From NCBI GenBank assembly GCA_937625935.1, contig OW569384.1, forward strand, positions 310,001-374,000: a stretch of 64,000 nt of DNA. The letters are read 5' to 3'. How positions within the stretch are numbered: position 1 is the stretch's first letter; each line of letters starts with the position of its first letter. This document shows, in pieces, positions 18,968-30,371 of this stretch. Both the position numbers and the translations under genes were made by a program. This DNA comes from Tetramitus jugosus. Taxonomy: Eukaryota > Protista > Heterolobosea. The notes beneath the pieces are model-generated. The model did no database searches. It was not told the origin of the DNA and worked only from the letters and a program-made list of their open reading frames with translations.

Positions 18968-21604
18968 ATGAACATGGAAACAACATCTCCATCACCTCCT
19001 TGTGACACTCTCTCACCGTCATCCATTGACAGCAGTCAAAACACCAGCACACTGTCGACCAACACATCAAAAAACTCGTGCAAACATTGTCGTGAAAGTC
19101 ATCGAAAATGTGATCGAACCTTGCCTCAATGCGTGCAGTGCACCAAGAGAGGCCTTCGATGCATCTATGAACCTTCCAAAAAGCGTCGTTCAAGAGCTGC
19201 CATGGCAGAAGAAGCTGAACAGCAATCACAACATCATCAACAACAACCAGTATTACATCATTCATCATCATCATCATCAGTATCATCGTCTGGCTATGAA
19301 TCATTTGAACAACAAGCGAAAATGGCAAAGCTCTCTCATCCAATCAACAACATCAACACCACCACTGGTGCAACAAATAGTACTGCCGCCAATCATCACT
19401 ATCTGCCGAGTGCAACCATCATGGCACCACCATTTCCACCACCATCTCATCACCATAATCTATCTCATCATCATGAACATCAACATTCTCACCATCATCA
19501 TCATCATAATCAGCAACATCCCAATCATCAATATTTCCAACCACAACTGCTTCAACCAAGTTATCTGTCTCAACAACCACAGATTCTATTGCAACTGTCA
19601 CAACCACAATCACAACCACAGCAACAACAACAACAGCAACAACAACAAGTACCACCACCTCTAGCACCGCCTCAAGCACCATCGTTGCAACAAATGGTGA
19701 GTCATCCTAATTTCAACCTTGAATCCCTAATGAAAATGAGTGGTCAACATCAAGATGCATCAACAACAACAACAACAACAACATCCATTGTGCCCAATGC
19801 TCAATCAACAGTATCACTGCCCTCTCCCTCCACAATATCAGGCTCAGCCATATCAGCCATGTTGGCACCAAACTCTGGTTCTCTCAATGATGTTCTCAAC
19901 TTGTGCTTCCAAATTCTGCCGACAGAGCATCGATCCAGTCTCACTGCACAATTCCTGTGGAGTCAATCGTCCAATCCTCCCAAGAATAAGAATGATGAGA
20001 ATGATGGTATTATCAGTGTCAATAGTGATAGGGAAGCAGAAGAAGAATTGGACAGAAAGGCGGGTGAGGCCATGTGGTTCGCTTCGCAAGCCGTATTGTT
20101 GCAGTACCTACCGTCGAGTGATCCACATCGATTCATTGATTTGGACGCAGAGGAAATGTTCTTTGACAAGATGTGTGAGAAGATTTTCTTGTGTTTCCAA
20201 TTGATTGATCGGAATAACATGAGTGGTGTTAGTGGAGATTCATCTTGTGAACCAAAGTTGGTGAGACCAGCGTCATCATCGTCTATGTCCACTACTGGAA
20301 AGGGTAGTGGGAGTGGACCATATGCTCACTTGATGCGAAAGTTTACAAGAGAACAATTGTTGGACGCTGCACAACAAATGTATCGATTGAGCAAGGAGAT
20401 TCTGTTGGATCCAAAGGTTTTCCCTCATATTTCCAATCATTTCAAGTTTGCTCAATCCTGTTCTTTCCTCGTGTTCTACTTGTTGTCTGTGGGCAATGAA
20501 CAATCGGAGACTCACGTGTTTCTAAAGGCGGTCAAGGTGTTCATGGATCGGGCCAAGGGAATTGTCGAACAGAACAGCAAGATTGTTGTGATGAACGAGT
20601 TTAGCAATGGTCATATCACCAGAAGCAGCAGCAATGGCAACATTAGTACATCCAGTGTGGACAGCAATGAAGAAGCAGAGTATCAATGCTTAGTGCTGGA
20701 TCATATGGCCGATGGGTACTTAGGTCTAAAGGTAACTCTATTTAATGATACAATCGCCTTTAACAAGATATGGATCCGAAAGTTCATCAAGCTCTCATTG
20801 AAGGCACTTGATGCCAGAAAGAATGAAGCTCATTTCGTTCAGGCACTCTCGAGGCATCAAGCAGAAGCCTTGAAGAAATTGAAAAAGCTTCTGTCAGAGA
20901 TTAATGGTACTACACTTGTGCACTGGAACAAGTTTATTAGTACGTGCCGAGAGATACGGTTATCGGTGAAATTCCATGACAAGCATCCACAAACCATCTG
21001 GAATTTCTTTATGCTGTCGTTCGAAATGTATGCATTGCAAGCAGTGTGCGTAGAGGACAATGGTGTCATGCCGAGCTTGCTTAGCACAATGCAAGTGAAC
21101 CTGGCAAACGAAATATCAGAGATTCTCATCGGTAACGTCACTTTGTCGATGGTTGCTGGATCGCGTCTGCGATTGTTTTTGGAGTTTGTCACGAGGGTTC
21201 ATATCGCACATGCTGAAGTGTTGTGTCGTTCGATATCGGCCACTAAGGAGGAAATGGAGGACGCGTTAAAGTACTTACGGATGGATGCATTGATTGTAGA
21301 TGTGATAAGAGGTCGTCACAACAATGCACGGTGTAAAGAGTTGCACAAACTTCTGCACCAACACATGGTTAGGCATACGATGACCATGGGCAGGCAATAT
21401 GATCCAAACTGGCACGATCAAATGGCTCTCGTTATATCAAAGGTGCAGATGGACCAGGAATCCAAACTACTGCCGTCTATTGACAACAAGGCAAACCCGG
21501 TTTTGTCAATACAAGATTCAGATTTCTCAGACCAAGGATTCCTGATGGAGTTGTTCGACATGGATCAGGATTTCCTGTACTTGAATGACCAATACAACAA
21601 TTAA
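18968..21604 (+). CDS. Zn(II)2Cys6 binuclear cluster transcription factor
   Basis: SCKHCRESHRKCDRTLPQCVQCTKRGLRCIY then KKRR; poly-Q/H region. Confidence 0.88.
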   Translation: MNMETTSPSPPCDTLSPSSIDSSQNTSTLSTNTSKNSCKHCRESHRKCDRTLPQCVQCTKRGLRCIYEPSKKRRSRAAMAEEAEQQSQHHQQQPVLHHSSSSSSVSSSGYESFEQQAKMAKLSHPINNINTTTGATNSTAANHHYLPSATIMAPPFPPPSHHHNLSHHHEHQHSHHHHHHNQQHPNHQYFQPQLLQPSYLSQQPQILLQLSQPQSQPQQQQQQQQQQVPPPLAPPQAPSLQQMVSHPNFNLESLMKMSGQHQDASTTTTTTTSIVPNAQSTVSLPSPSTISGSAISAMLAPNSGSLNDVLNLCFQILPTEHRSSLTAQFLWSQSSNPPKNKNDENDGIISVNSDREAEEELDRKAGEAMWFASQAVLLQYLPSSDPHRFIDLDAEEMFFDKMCEKIFLCFQLIDRNNMSGVSGDSSCEPKLVRPASSSSMSTTGKGSGSGPYAHLMRKFTREQLLDAAQQMYRLSKEILLDPKVFPHISNHFKFAQSCSFLVFYLLSVGNEQSETHVFLKAVKVFMDRAKGIVEQNSKIVVMNEFSNGHITRSSSNGNISTSSVDSNEEAEYQCLVLDHMADGYLGLKVTLFNDTIAFNKIWIRKFIKLSLKALDARKNEAHFVQALSRHQAEALKKLKKLLSEINGTTLVHWNKFISTCREIRLSVKFHDKHPQTIWNFFMLSFEMYALQAVCVEDNGVMPSLLSTMQVNLANEISEILIGNVTLSMVAGSRLRLFLEFVTRVHIAHAEVLCRSISATKEEMEDALKYLRMDALIVDVIRGRHNNARCKELHKLLHQHMVRHTMTMGRQYDPNWHDQMALVISKVQMDQESKLLPSIDNKANPVLSIQDSDFSDQGFLMELFDMDQDFLYLNDQYNN

Positions 21605-21625
21605 AGTATTATTTTACAAAAACAA

Positions 21626-23977
21626 TTAGATCAAAACTATGTCGTCTTCGTCAAGCGTATGATCAGGACGTTGATACACGTGCACTAACTCCTGTGGTGA
21701 TTCAGAGCTTGACGTCCGTTGACTCTCCTCATATTCTCTACATTCATTTACTTCCTCCACTGATATACATTCGAAATCGTCATCACACGAATCATCGTCA
21801 AATTGTAAGCTTTTCCTGGCCTCAGGTTCTGGCTTTGATTCAAGTTCTGATTTGACTTCAGGTTTCACTTCAGTTGTTTTCGTTTTCTTCTTCTTCGTTT
21901 GAGTTAATTTTTTCGATCTACTCGATGAATAGAGTGACGGCCTAGAGTAAGAAGTGGACCAGATGGGAGCTTTGAACTTGGCAAGCTTTAGTGCGTGTTG
22001 ACAAAACTCATCAAAATCTTTCTTGTCCTTGCACATGAATCCAATGGCCAAAGATGGATCAATGTCACTAAATCTCATGCGCAGAGGCTCACGGCTGTGG
22101 TACGAGCTCTGTCTGAACGATTTCTTTTGTGTCGTGTGAGGATCCAGATAAATCAAGTGATCATCCTGATATCCTACAAAGTAGAGAGAAGATCTTGGTT
22201 TTCCACCCATGATACCAACACACTGTGGCGACTGGAGAACTTCCTTCAATGATGGAATATAGATGGGATTGATACAGTCGAGTCCCAGTCGCAATGGAAC
22301 CAAAATCAACACAGGACGCCAAAACTCCTCCTTGGAATCCGCTGTTTTGCTCTGAACCTTCCTTGGAGTCACATGTTCATTGTTATCTTGCTGCGGTGGT
22401 TCATGCGAATCGGAAGCAGCAGAAACATCACCCAGCATATTGGCCAACTTTTGTTGCAATTGCTTTGCCTGTTCCATCATGAGATCCGACGTTTGATCCG
22501 TACACAGTTGCATAATCTCATCAATATAAATTCCTCCCTGTTCTGCAATGTGAACAAAAAATTGATCACTCATGTGACAATCCACAAGTCTCTTGAGAAC
22601 GTTGGATGTATCAGTCGGACCGAACCACTCTCCAACCTTCTTGTTGAACAATGTGCCGCAGAGAGCAATGCGATGAATCGAATAGGGAGCATCTTCTTCA
22701 TCAATAAACCATCGCACAATCGTACGATATTGATTCATCAGTGCGGCCTGTTGTGGTTGATGTGAGAAAACCTCGGGCATCAACCGAAACTCCCTCCCAC
22801 AGAACAAGTGCAAATACGCCTGAGCAAGCAACATTTGTCCACTTCGCATCATGCAGCCCCAACCACTGTCACTCGTATAGCAACTCCACGACTCGTACAA
22901 CTTTGTTACAGCACTCTTGCCCGACGACAAATCATTGGACCTTCTCTTCTTTTTCTTCTTCTTGGATGATGAGGAAAAGAGGTGTGAGTGAGAGTGAGAG
23001 TGACTGTCATGTCCTCCGCTTGTCCATTCTGGATCGGAAAATGATGGTGAACTACTCGCTGTATAATAAAACGACGACGATGATTGATTGTTGGGAGGTG
23101 GATAACTACCACCACCACTGCCAATCGAACTCGTGTCACTCATGTATCCCATGTTGAATATATTGTCACCCAGTGCACTGAGACTATGAGACGATGGAGG
23201 TGATGGCGAAGACATGTAATCCATGTAAATCACTTGATTACCATGATTTGTTGCAATCATGTTGTTATTGTGATTCTTGCGTGGACTGGAGCTATTAGTA
23301 GTAATTGCGTTCTTGTTCATGATCAAATCATTGGTAAACATTTGATGCAAATGATCATTGTTTCTGGAAAACATTTGATTCAATTGTTCCTTGTCGGCAG
23401 GTGTCACAATCGGTGCAAAATCTCTTCGATAGGAGAACCATAACCGCGTTTTAAAATCACTCATCAACGCTTCTTTTTGTACCTTGTAATAAAATTCGAA
23501 TTCTTTCTGTTCTAATCTCTGTTGTTGCAACTGTTGTTGATTCAACGCTTGATTGTGATGCTGTGATTGCTGTTGTTGCTGTTGTTGAGGCACGAGATGA
23601 TTCGAAACCAATGCAGCAGTACTGTTGCTTGATGCATGAGATGTTTGAGTCAATCCGATCGCAGCAAAACGAAAGAGTCTACTCAACGATGAAGAAGATG
23701 GATTCTTGGTGGGAGATGTCGACAGGGATGACGATGAAGGATTATTAGGATCTACATAGTACATGGAATCATCATTGTTGTTGTTGTTATTACTATTCTG
23801 ACGACGATGATGATGATGGTTATGATTGGGATCAATTGCCGGAGATTGTTGCAATTGTTGTTGCTGTATCGATTGTGGTTCTGCAGCAGTAGCAGTGATT
23901 GGAGTGGATGGTGCACGAGGTAAATAACGGATACCCAATATCCAAACTGGTTCTTCAGATTCTGAAAAATCGCACAT
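21626..23977 (-). CDS. ATG4: Autophagy cysteine protease ATG4 (peptidase C54)
   Basis: RLWFSYRRDF, SDSGWGCMMRSGQMLLAQA, GEWFGP, YLDPH, IDPSLAIGF; long low-complexity inserts. Confidence 0.95.
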   Translation of the reverse strand: MCDFSESEEPVWILGIRYLPRAPSTPITATAAEPQSIQQQQLQQSPAIDPNHNHHHHRRQNSNNNNNNDDSMYYVDPNNPSSSSLSTSPTKNPSSSSLSRLFRFAAIGLTQTSHASSNSTAALVSNHLVPQQQQQQQSQHHNQALNQQQLQQQRLEQKEFEFYYKVQKEALMSDFKTRLWFSYRRDFAPIVTPADKEQLNQMFSRNNDHLHQMFTNDLIMNKNAITTNSSSPRKNHNNNMIATNHGNQVIYMDYMSSPSPPSSHSLSALGDNIFNMGYMSDTSSIGSGGGSYPPPNNQSSSSFYYTASSSPSFSDPEWTSGGHDSHSHSHSHLFSSSSKKKKKKRRSNDLSSGKSAVTKLYESWSCYTSDSGWGCMMRSGQMLLAQAYLHLFCGREFRLMPEVFSHQPQQAALMNQYRTIVRWFIDEEDAPYSIHRIALCGTLFNKKVGEWFGPTDTSNVLKRLVDCHMSDQFFVHIAEQGGIYIDEIMQLCTDQTSDLMMEQAKQLQQKLANMLGDVSAASDSHEPPQQDNNEHVTPRKVQSKTADSKEEFWRPVLILVPLRLGLDCINPIYIPSLKEVLQSPQCVGIMGGKPRSSLYFVGYQDDHLIYLDPHTTQKKSFRQSSYHSREPLRMRFSDIDPSLAIGFMCKDKKDFDEFCQHALKLAKFKAPIWSTSYSRPSLYSSSRSKKLTQTKKKKTKTTEVKPEVKSELESKPEPEARKSLQFDDDSCDDDFECISVEEVNECREYEESQRTSSSESPQELVHVYQRPDHTLDEDDIVLI

Positions 23978-24836
23978 TCGTTTCTTATCTACATTCCAAT
24001 AAAAAGAATAATCAACATCAACCTGTTAGATTACACACACATGTGAAGAACAAAAACAACAATAATAGTAGCTCAAGAGAGAGACAATGATGAATCAAAC
24101 ATACTAGAGTACGAATAGAGAGCAGTTTTGAGTTGACTGGTCATAAACACCTGTTTAACAAAGGTGAGAAGAAGGAGAGTGATGAGGATAGTAGTAGTGA
24201 GCAATGTCAGCTGTTATAGTATATGTATGATCGTGATTATCGTTATTTAAGTGATAATGATAACGAATAATGGTGATGATGGTAAGATGGAGTTGTAGTA
24301 TTGTGGTGGAAATGATGATGATGATGGTGAAAAATGATGGTAAGAAGTAGAGGAAAAAGCAGACAACATCAACTTGTTCGATATATCGATGGTTTGTGTG
24401 TGTGGGTGGATGAAGAAGGTTTTTTTGATGGCAGCGGCGGTTCGTTTCTGAGCTAATGAGCTACTACTTGTTTTTCGTTGGGAGAATAACACACAGAGAG
24501 GCAACGACTTGTGGTTTTTTTCAGTTGTTGACTGAGAGCGATCTGGATGTGATGGAGATTATCAAAAACACACGCGACGATGATGTCCCTGACTCAATTT
24601 GTTTTGCTTCCGGTTCTTTTTTGTTTTTTGTTGCGCCTTTTGCTGGTCGTTTGCTTTTTGTGTTCCTTTGGCTTTTAGGCGCTTCTAAACACCAATTCGA
24701 TCCTAATTTTGGGGCACCCGAACAAGAACGTGTTCGCGAACGGAGTTTTGGCGCTAAAGATGAGCGGCAAAATCTACGATGCATTTGGTTTTCATTTTTT
24801 GAGAGGAGAAAACGATTTAGTAAGGAGAATTGAATA

Positions 24837-25635
24837 ATGGGACAACAAGAGAGTCACTTGGGTTCGGGCAATAGGATGGGCGAACTACCCTTATTGCAAT
24901 CTTTTGACTGTTGTTTGAAGTTAATAGTCATTGGTCCTAGTTCATCCGGAAAGACCTCTCTGCTTCACAACCTCAAGACGAGCCAGTTTCTAATCGACCA
25001 AGATCAAACGATTGGTGTTGAGTTTTCGTCCAAGTTGATTCAGCTCGGAGAAAGAAGAGTGAAGCTACAGTTGTGGGACACTGCAGTTCGTAATTGTGAA
25101 ATTCTTCCTTGTGTTGTTGACAAGTGTTAGGAAAACTAACATGGAATTAAAATGTTAAATAGGGTCAAGAACGGTATCGAAGTGTCACACAATCCTATTA
25201 CACTGCAGCTGCTGGCATAGCACTAGTGTTTGATATTTGTGACAAGGATAGTTTTTTGTCACTGGATGCATGGATAGAAGACATTAGACAATTGGCTCCA
25301 CCCGATGTGGTCATCCTAATATGTGGGAACAAGAAAGATAAAGAAGAATCTAGGGTCGTTTTCTATGAAGAAGGATCTAAGTATGCGCAAGAAATTGGAG
25401 CTCTATACACTGAAACTAGTGCCAAGGATCATGAGTCCGTGTTAGAAGCCTTCACTCTTTTAACCAGCGAAGTACTGCCAAAGGCGGAAGAAGGTATGTT
25501 CTGAACTAATCATGAAAATTACTGGATTCGAAAGTACTCACCGAGGATATAGCATTTCTCGCTCGTCAAGATGATAATTCTGTCATAGATGGAGTGGATC
25601 TACAGACATTAACCTCACGGGGTTGTGCATGCTAA
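24837..25635 (+). CDS. Rab GTPase (Rab2/4/14 group); introns 25086-25162 and 25494-25552
   Basis: GPSSSGKT, TIGVEF, LWDTA|GQERYRSVT, GNKKD, ETSAK; spliced C-terminus GCAC* (CxC prenylation). Confidence 0.88.
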
Positions 25636-26090
25636 GTTTTGAGTCTTGCTAGCAACAACAACCTACAATGGAGATCTCGGACAATCAAAGATCAATGATC
25701 TTCTCGCATAGGACATGATAAGATCCATCCTAACAAAGTTGAACCACATCTCCTCTCTATCTTGTGAATACACTCGAATGCGGCCTAATCTCCCTCGTTT
25801 GTTCATCCATTTGTAAAGTTTTTCCGAAAACAAAAAGCTTTTTTTTCAGTGTGTGAGTTGGCTCTTCACCTTCTTGATCATCATCCGCCATCTCTTCTTA
25901 CACACAAGCAAAAACAAATTTCATCCCGCCTCCAGCGCTCAAAAAAAAAGTTCACACACAATCAGTGCAACAAACGTGATTCACCTTCTCTTTGCTGCAA
26001 AATCAACAACAACAACAACCACGACCAATAACAAGATTTTAATTCAATCATCAACAGTATTTGTGTAGTGCAGACAAGAACATTCAAAAA

Positions 26091-27299
26091 ATGAATCCAA
26101 ATTACGCCAATTACTCTCCTCAACAGCAGTACACCCCACTAACAACTCCATCTCCAATAGAATCTACACCTATAGAGACACCACAACAACAAAGCTTCCT
26201 TGAAAAGGCGAAATCTGTTTACAATAAGCTTCAAAAACCAAACAACCTTCCAAGCGCTCCAAAATATGGCGATTTCAATGCTGAGGCCAAAAATATCTTT
26301 GTGTCAGCCAATGAAATGGGTGATGGTGTCAATATACAGAAGGCTCGTACTGTCAGTGCCAGTGCCTATCACGAATTCTCTGTTGTTCATGGCTTATCGC
26401 TTGCTAGCATGATGAAACCTGCTGAATACAATATTACATTGAACAATGGAAGCACAACTGGTCTTTTGTATGCTCAATACACCTCCAATGGTGTTTTTGT
26501 AGGTAATATGAAGCAAAAGGTGATGAAGGGAATGCAAACTGAGGTCTTATATATTGTATGTACTAGTTGGTCAACTGCAGTGTCTGTCTATATGATGACG
26601 CTCGTTTTTTTTATGATTGTTCTTTGTATTTTGTTGTTTGATGCCAGAGCTAACTGTTTGCACACTGTTTTTTTTTATTGTAAATGCATTTTGCGCGCGA
26701 TCACCCAAAAAATCAAACACCACGATTTTACAATGACGTCATTCTCAACACACAATTCATAGAATGCAAATGATACCTTCAAAGTCAAAAACGACTTTAC
26801 AGGACGTGACTTTACAATTGAGAGTGAATGGGACAAGGACAAGGGACGAATAGCTCTCACCTACATGCAAGGTCTGCTCAAGGATTTGTCCGCTGGTGTG
26901 CAAGGCACTTATAAAACATCGGACAGAAAGAGCACAATCTCTGGTTGTGTGTGCTATGATGCTAATGATTTGGAGTTGGGTGCAGAGTATGCTGTGAGAG
27001 GCAGTGGACCATCCACCAATGTTCACAGTCTCAAGGCCAGTATTGCTCAAAAGTACGATGATCAATTGTCACTTGCCACTGAATTGAACTATAACTTGAC
27101 TGAGCGTGACGCATCGTACAGAGTCGGTTTTGCATACCAATTCTTGAACGGAAAGGTGAGAGTGACAACTGATGAGAAGTTTATTCTGAAGAGCAGTTTT
27201 GACTATCGCGTCACTCCATCTTCGAATGTGAATGTGGTCATGGAGGCTGATGCTGCAAAGTCTGACTTTAAGTTTGGATTCAACATTCAAATTCAATAG
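26091..27299 (+). CDS. TOM40: Mitochondrial import channel TOM40 (porin-3 family); intron 26556-26762
   Basis: Beta-barrel pattern, TYMQGLL, LSLATEL, C-terminal beta-signal FKFGFNIQIQ; phase-0 GT-AG intron. Confidence 0.75.
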
Positions 27300-27494
27300 A
27301 TATTGATGATGGACAATTTTGGTGGTGGTGGTGGAGATGATGTGGACAGAGAGGAATGAAACATGGGTCGCCCCGAGAAACGAGCTGCATACATTGTGAA
27401 ATCTCTCCCTGAAAGTTCTAATCCTTACAACAATAACAACAAAAACATAATACACTGTGATGTTTCTTTTCAATTTGACGTCAAAATTCAGTAT

Positions 27495-30089
27495 TTAGTA
27501 CAGAGTAACAACCATGTCGTTGAGTGATCCACCGTTGATGTCTTCAATGGCATCAATATCAACCGTCTCGACAATTTCAACAAAGTTTAGCAACTGTTGC
27601 TGTTGTTCTTGTGTCAGTGACATCCATGCTTTTTCGCTCATCATCAAAACTGGTTTCTTCTGCGCACCTACAACTTCGACGACTCCACTGATGGCATAGT
27701 TCTGTTGTTGTTCACTGGTGACGTTAATGATGGTACGCTGTCCATTGTGAGAAAGCAGAGTTCTCAGTTCAGCCAGATCTCCTTCTTCGATCATTTCTGG
27801 GCAGATCAGAGCGAACTTGCTGCCAACAAAGACCACAGAGTTGGTGTTGTTATCAACATAGAGGTTGCTTTCGTTTTGCTTCTTGATGTTGAAGACATGA
27901 GTGGAGAAGCCAATGCTCTTCATGCACTCTGTAATAGCATTGATAGTATCAGGGTTCTCGCCTTGTGCCCGGGCCACAAAAGCTCTTGCTGCGGCTCTGT
28001 CAAAAACGACATTACCTCCGTGGAATTTCTCAGATTCCTTGGTTGCAATCTTGTTGAACTCAACAACATTTTCCTTTCCGTACAGTTTCTCAATGAGTTC
28101 GTTCAATCCTTCCTTTCTTTCTGCCTTTGGTGATTCAGGCAGTGGGAAGAAAATGGCCTTACCATTGATTGTTGTCAATAAATGAGCAGCAAAGACAGCA
28201 TCTCTGTTCTTGTCATTGGTGTATTGTGCAAACAAGAAACTGTTCACGTCATACACGTTCAACAAACCGTCCAAGTTGGAGAAGGACAAGTTCAAGGATT
28301 TGTCTGCAGTGGTATCAGCATTCAAGATAGTGTCCACACTGTGAATGAAGGATCTTGTTTGGTTGATGGACGATCCTTCTCCTGTTGTGTTTGTTCCATG
28401 TTCTTCAATGTGCACTGGAGAAGATGTGAATCTCATGCTTGTTCCTCTGAGATGATCTGGGTTGAGTGGACGAGATCTGGAAGCACTTTCAAGGTCTTCT
28501 TGGTGCAGCTCAATGTGGGAGTGATTCTGATGCTTTGGCTCAACAACTCCTGTTGGATCATAGTAGGATGGAGAGACGAGCAACACATTCTGGCACAAGT
28601 CAGATGCGACACCTTCTCTCTTGACCAAAACTTCAGCAGGAACCACTGGTGCATCAACAGCAGCTTTGTGATGCTTAAAGTTGATAGGAGCAGGTTGACG
28701 TTGCAATACTTGAGAGCAGCAATGCAAGCAACCAAACATGGAAATCATACCAGAGAAGTCAATCACTTGCACATCACCGTCAAAGTGTTCACTCTGGAGA
28801 ATGGTACGGCCAGTGCTCTCATCAGCACAGACCAAGAATCCATTGCCCAAATTCAAAAAGTTGATACCATAGGCAGATTGTTGCTCCTGAGTCACTGGAA
28901 TAATGTGATATCCCTCTTCTTGCACATATCTCGACAATTCAACATCCTTTCTCGTCACAATATATTCTTTGTGTCCAGTCTCAGCGTTCACAATTTGGGT
29001 ATACTCTGTCACGAGACGACGGATTGGAGATTGTTCGCCAATCATGGTATCCAACATGACAACACAATTGTTTGAGCAGACGTTGAACACAGTGTCCAAA
29101 TGCATTCTTTGTTGATCACAGTCAAACAAATCTCTGCAGACAGCAACTCTCCTTGTTCCGAACCAATCATTTTGCAACAATTGATCAATTGCATGCTGAT
29201 TGGTTCTTAAACCAGTTCCAATAAAGCACAAATCAGCCCCACCACTGATAAAATCACCTCCCTCACATGTTCCAGGTGCTTCAATCTTACCCAAGATGGG
29301 CACACTCAACTTGTTGAAACAAAAGTTCATAATTCTTGTTTCTCTCAGTCTCTGAATACTGCCCATGTTCATCAGAACGAGTCCCTTGTTGGTCACAATC
29401 TGTTGATCACGTGTAAATGTCAAATTCAACAATGGCTTCATTTGCAAGTTGTCCAATCTCAGTGGAGTGTTGCTGTGAGAGGCAGCCAAACCGCAAGTAG
29501 GACCCAACATGATCAAATCAATCAAATCATTAGTTCCCATCTTAGCTAAGCATTGTCTCTTGTAATCATCACTCAACAAGTGCTTTTGAACTTTGGTCAA
29601 GCTTGACGTATCCACTGAAATTTGTGCAGAGTGAACCGTAGATGCAGCTTGATTGGCGCCAGTTGTATCCACCAACGGACTAATTGCAGAAACTCCGTGT
29701 GATGAAGCAGCGGAGGTAGGAGAAACAGATGGTCCGACAGTGTGCTTCTTCATCAGCTTGTACTGTAGCACTTCGAGTGCCAATTCTTCCAGTGCGACAC
29801 GATAACGCAAATTATCTTCGCAGTGCATGGCCAAAATCTCTCTGACGCTCAACACTTTGACACCCTTGTTTTCCATTGACTTTCTGAATTGCATGTGATC
29901 GTCTCTTGCCTTTTGGATGTTGACTGGTTTTTCGAATAGGGAACCACTGGCATGCAAACTGCCAATCAATGCCTCCAGACCAGGTTCATGCACGAGAACG
30001 AGCTTTGCAATGTCATTCTCATGGCACTGTTGAGCAAGGTTGAGTACTCTGTTGTGTGATTGTTGTTGTTGTTGTTGATTATCCGCCAT
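27495..30089 (-). CDS. Arginine deiminase fused to a degenerate second amidinotransferase-fold domain
   Basis: ATG 30089; VLVHEPG, FTRDQQ, EGGD, MHLDT, GCLHCCSQ in domain 1; DAVF..VVFDR..NTN..GGSL in domain 2. Confidence 0.88.
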   Translation of the reverse strand: MADNQQQQQQSHNRVLNLAQQCHENDIAKLVLVHEPGLEALIGSLHASGSLFEKPVNIQKARDDHMQFRKSMENKGVKVLSVREILAMHCEDNLRYRVALEELALEVLQYKLMKKHTVGPSVSPTSAASSHGVSAISPLVDTTGANQAASTVHSAQISVDTSSLTKVQKHLLSDDYKRQCLAKMGTNDLIDLIMLGPTCGLAASHSNTPLRLDNLQMKPLLNLTFTRDQQIVTNKGLVLMNMGSIQRLRETRIMNFCFNKLSVPILGKIEAPGTCEGGDFISGGADLCFIGTGLRTNQHAIDQLLQNDWFGTRRVAVCRDLFDCDQQRMHLDTVFNVCSNNCVVMLDTMIGEQSPIRRLVTEYTQIVNAETGHKEYIVTRKDVELSRYVQEEGYHIIPVTQEQQSAYGINFLNLGNGFLVCADESTGRTILQSEHFDGDVQVIDFSGMISMFGCLHCCSQVLQRQPAPINFKHHKAAVDAPVVPAEVLVKREGVASDLCQNVLLVSPSYYDPTGVVEPKHQNHSHIELHQEDLESASRSRPLNPDHLRGTSMRFTSSPVHIEEHGTNTTGEGSSINQTRSFIHSVDTILNADTTADKSLNLSFSNLDGLLNVYDVNSFLFAQYTNDKNRDAVFAAHLLTTINGKAIFFPLPESPKAERKEGLNELIEKLYGKENVVEFNKIATKESEKFHGGNVVFDRAAARAFVARAQGENPDTINAITECMKSIGFSTHVFNIKKQNESNLYVDNNTNSVVFVGSKFALICPEMIEEGDLAELRTLLSHNGQRTIINVTSEQQQNYAISGVVEVVGAQKKPVLMMSEKAWMSLTQEQQQQLLNFVEIVETVDIDAIEDINGGSLNDMVVTLY

Positions 30090-30371
30090 GATGAATTTGT
30101 TGTTGTTTGAATTTGACAAAATGGTGTTTGTTGGTTTGTTGTTGTTGAGAGGATGATTTTTCTGTTTTTTTCTTGTGTGTGCAGAAGAAGAGCATGTCAA
30201 TGCGGGCTTCGAATTGAGATGGTGGGGGTCGTAGCTTTTTCTTATTTCGGTATTGTGGCTGTGTGACGTGAGGCGACGAAGTCTGGTCAGCAGTGAATCA
30301 GGATTAGGGTGCATGGTAATACCTTACAACTCACAATTCATTCGAGCAATGAGGAAAATGGTCACGTTTTA

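Noticed and set aside
26556-26762. Possible box C/D snoRNA in the longer TOM40 intron (ATGATGA)
   Set aside because: No matching CTGA D box or terminal stem found
28182-29075. 297-aa + strand ORF
   Set aside because: Antisense to arginine deiminase; no recognisable domain
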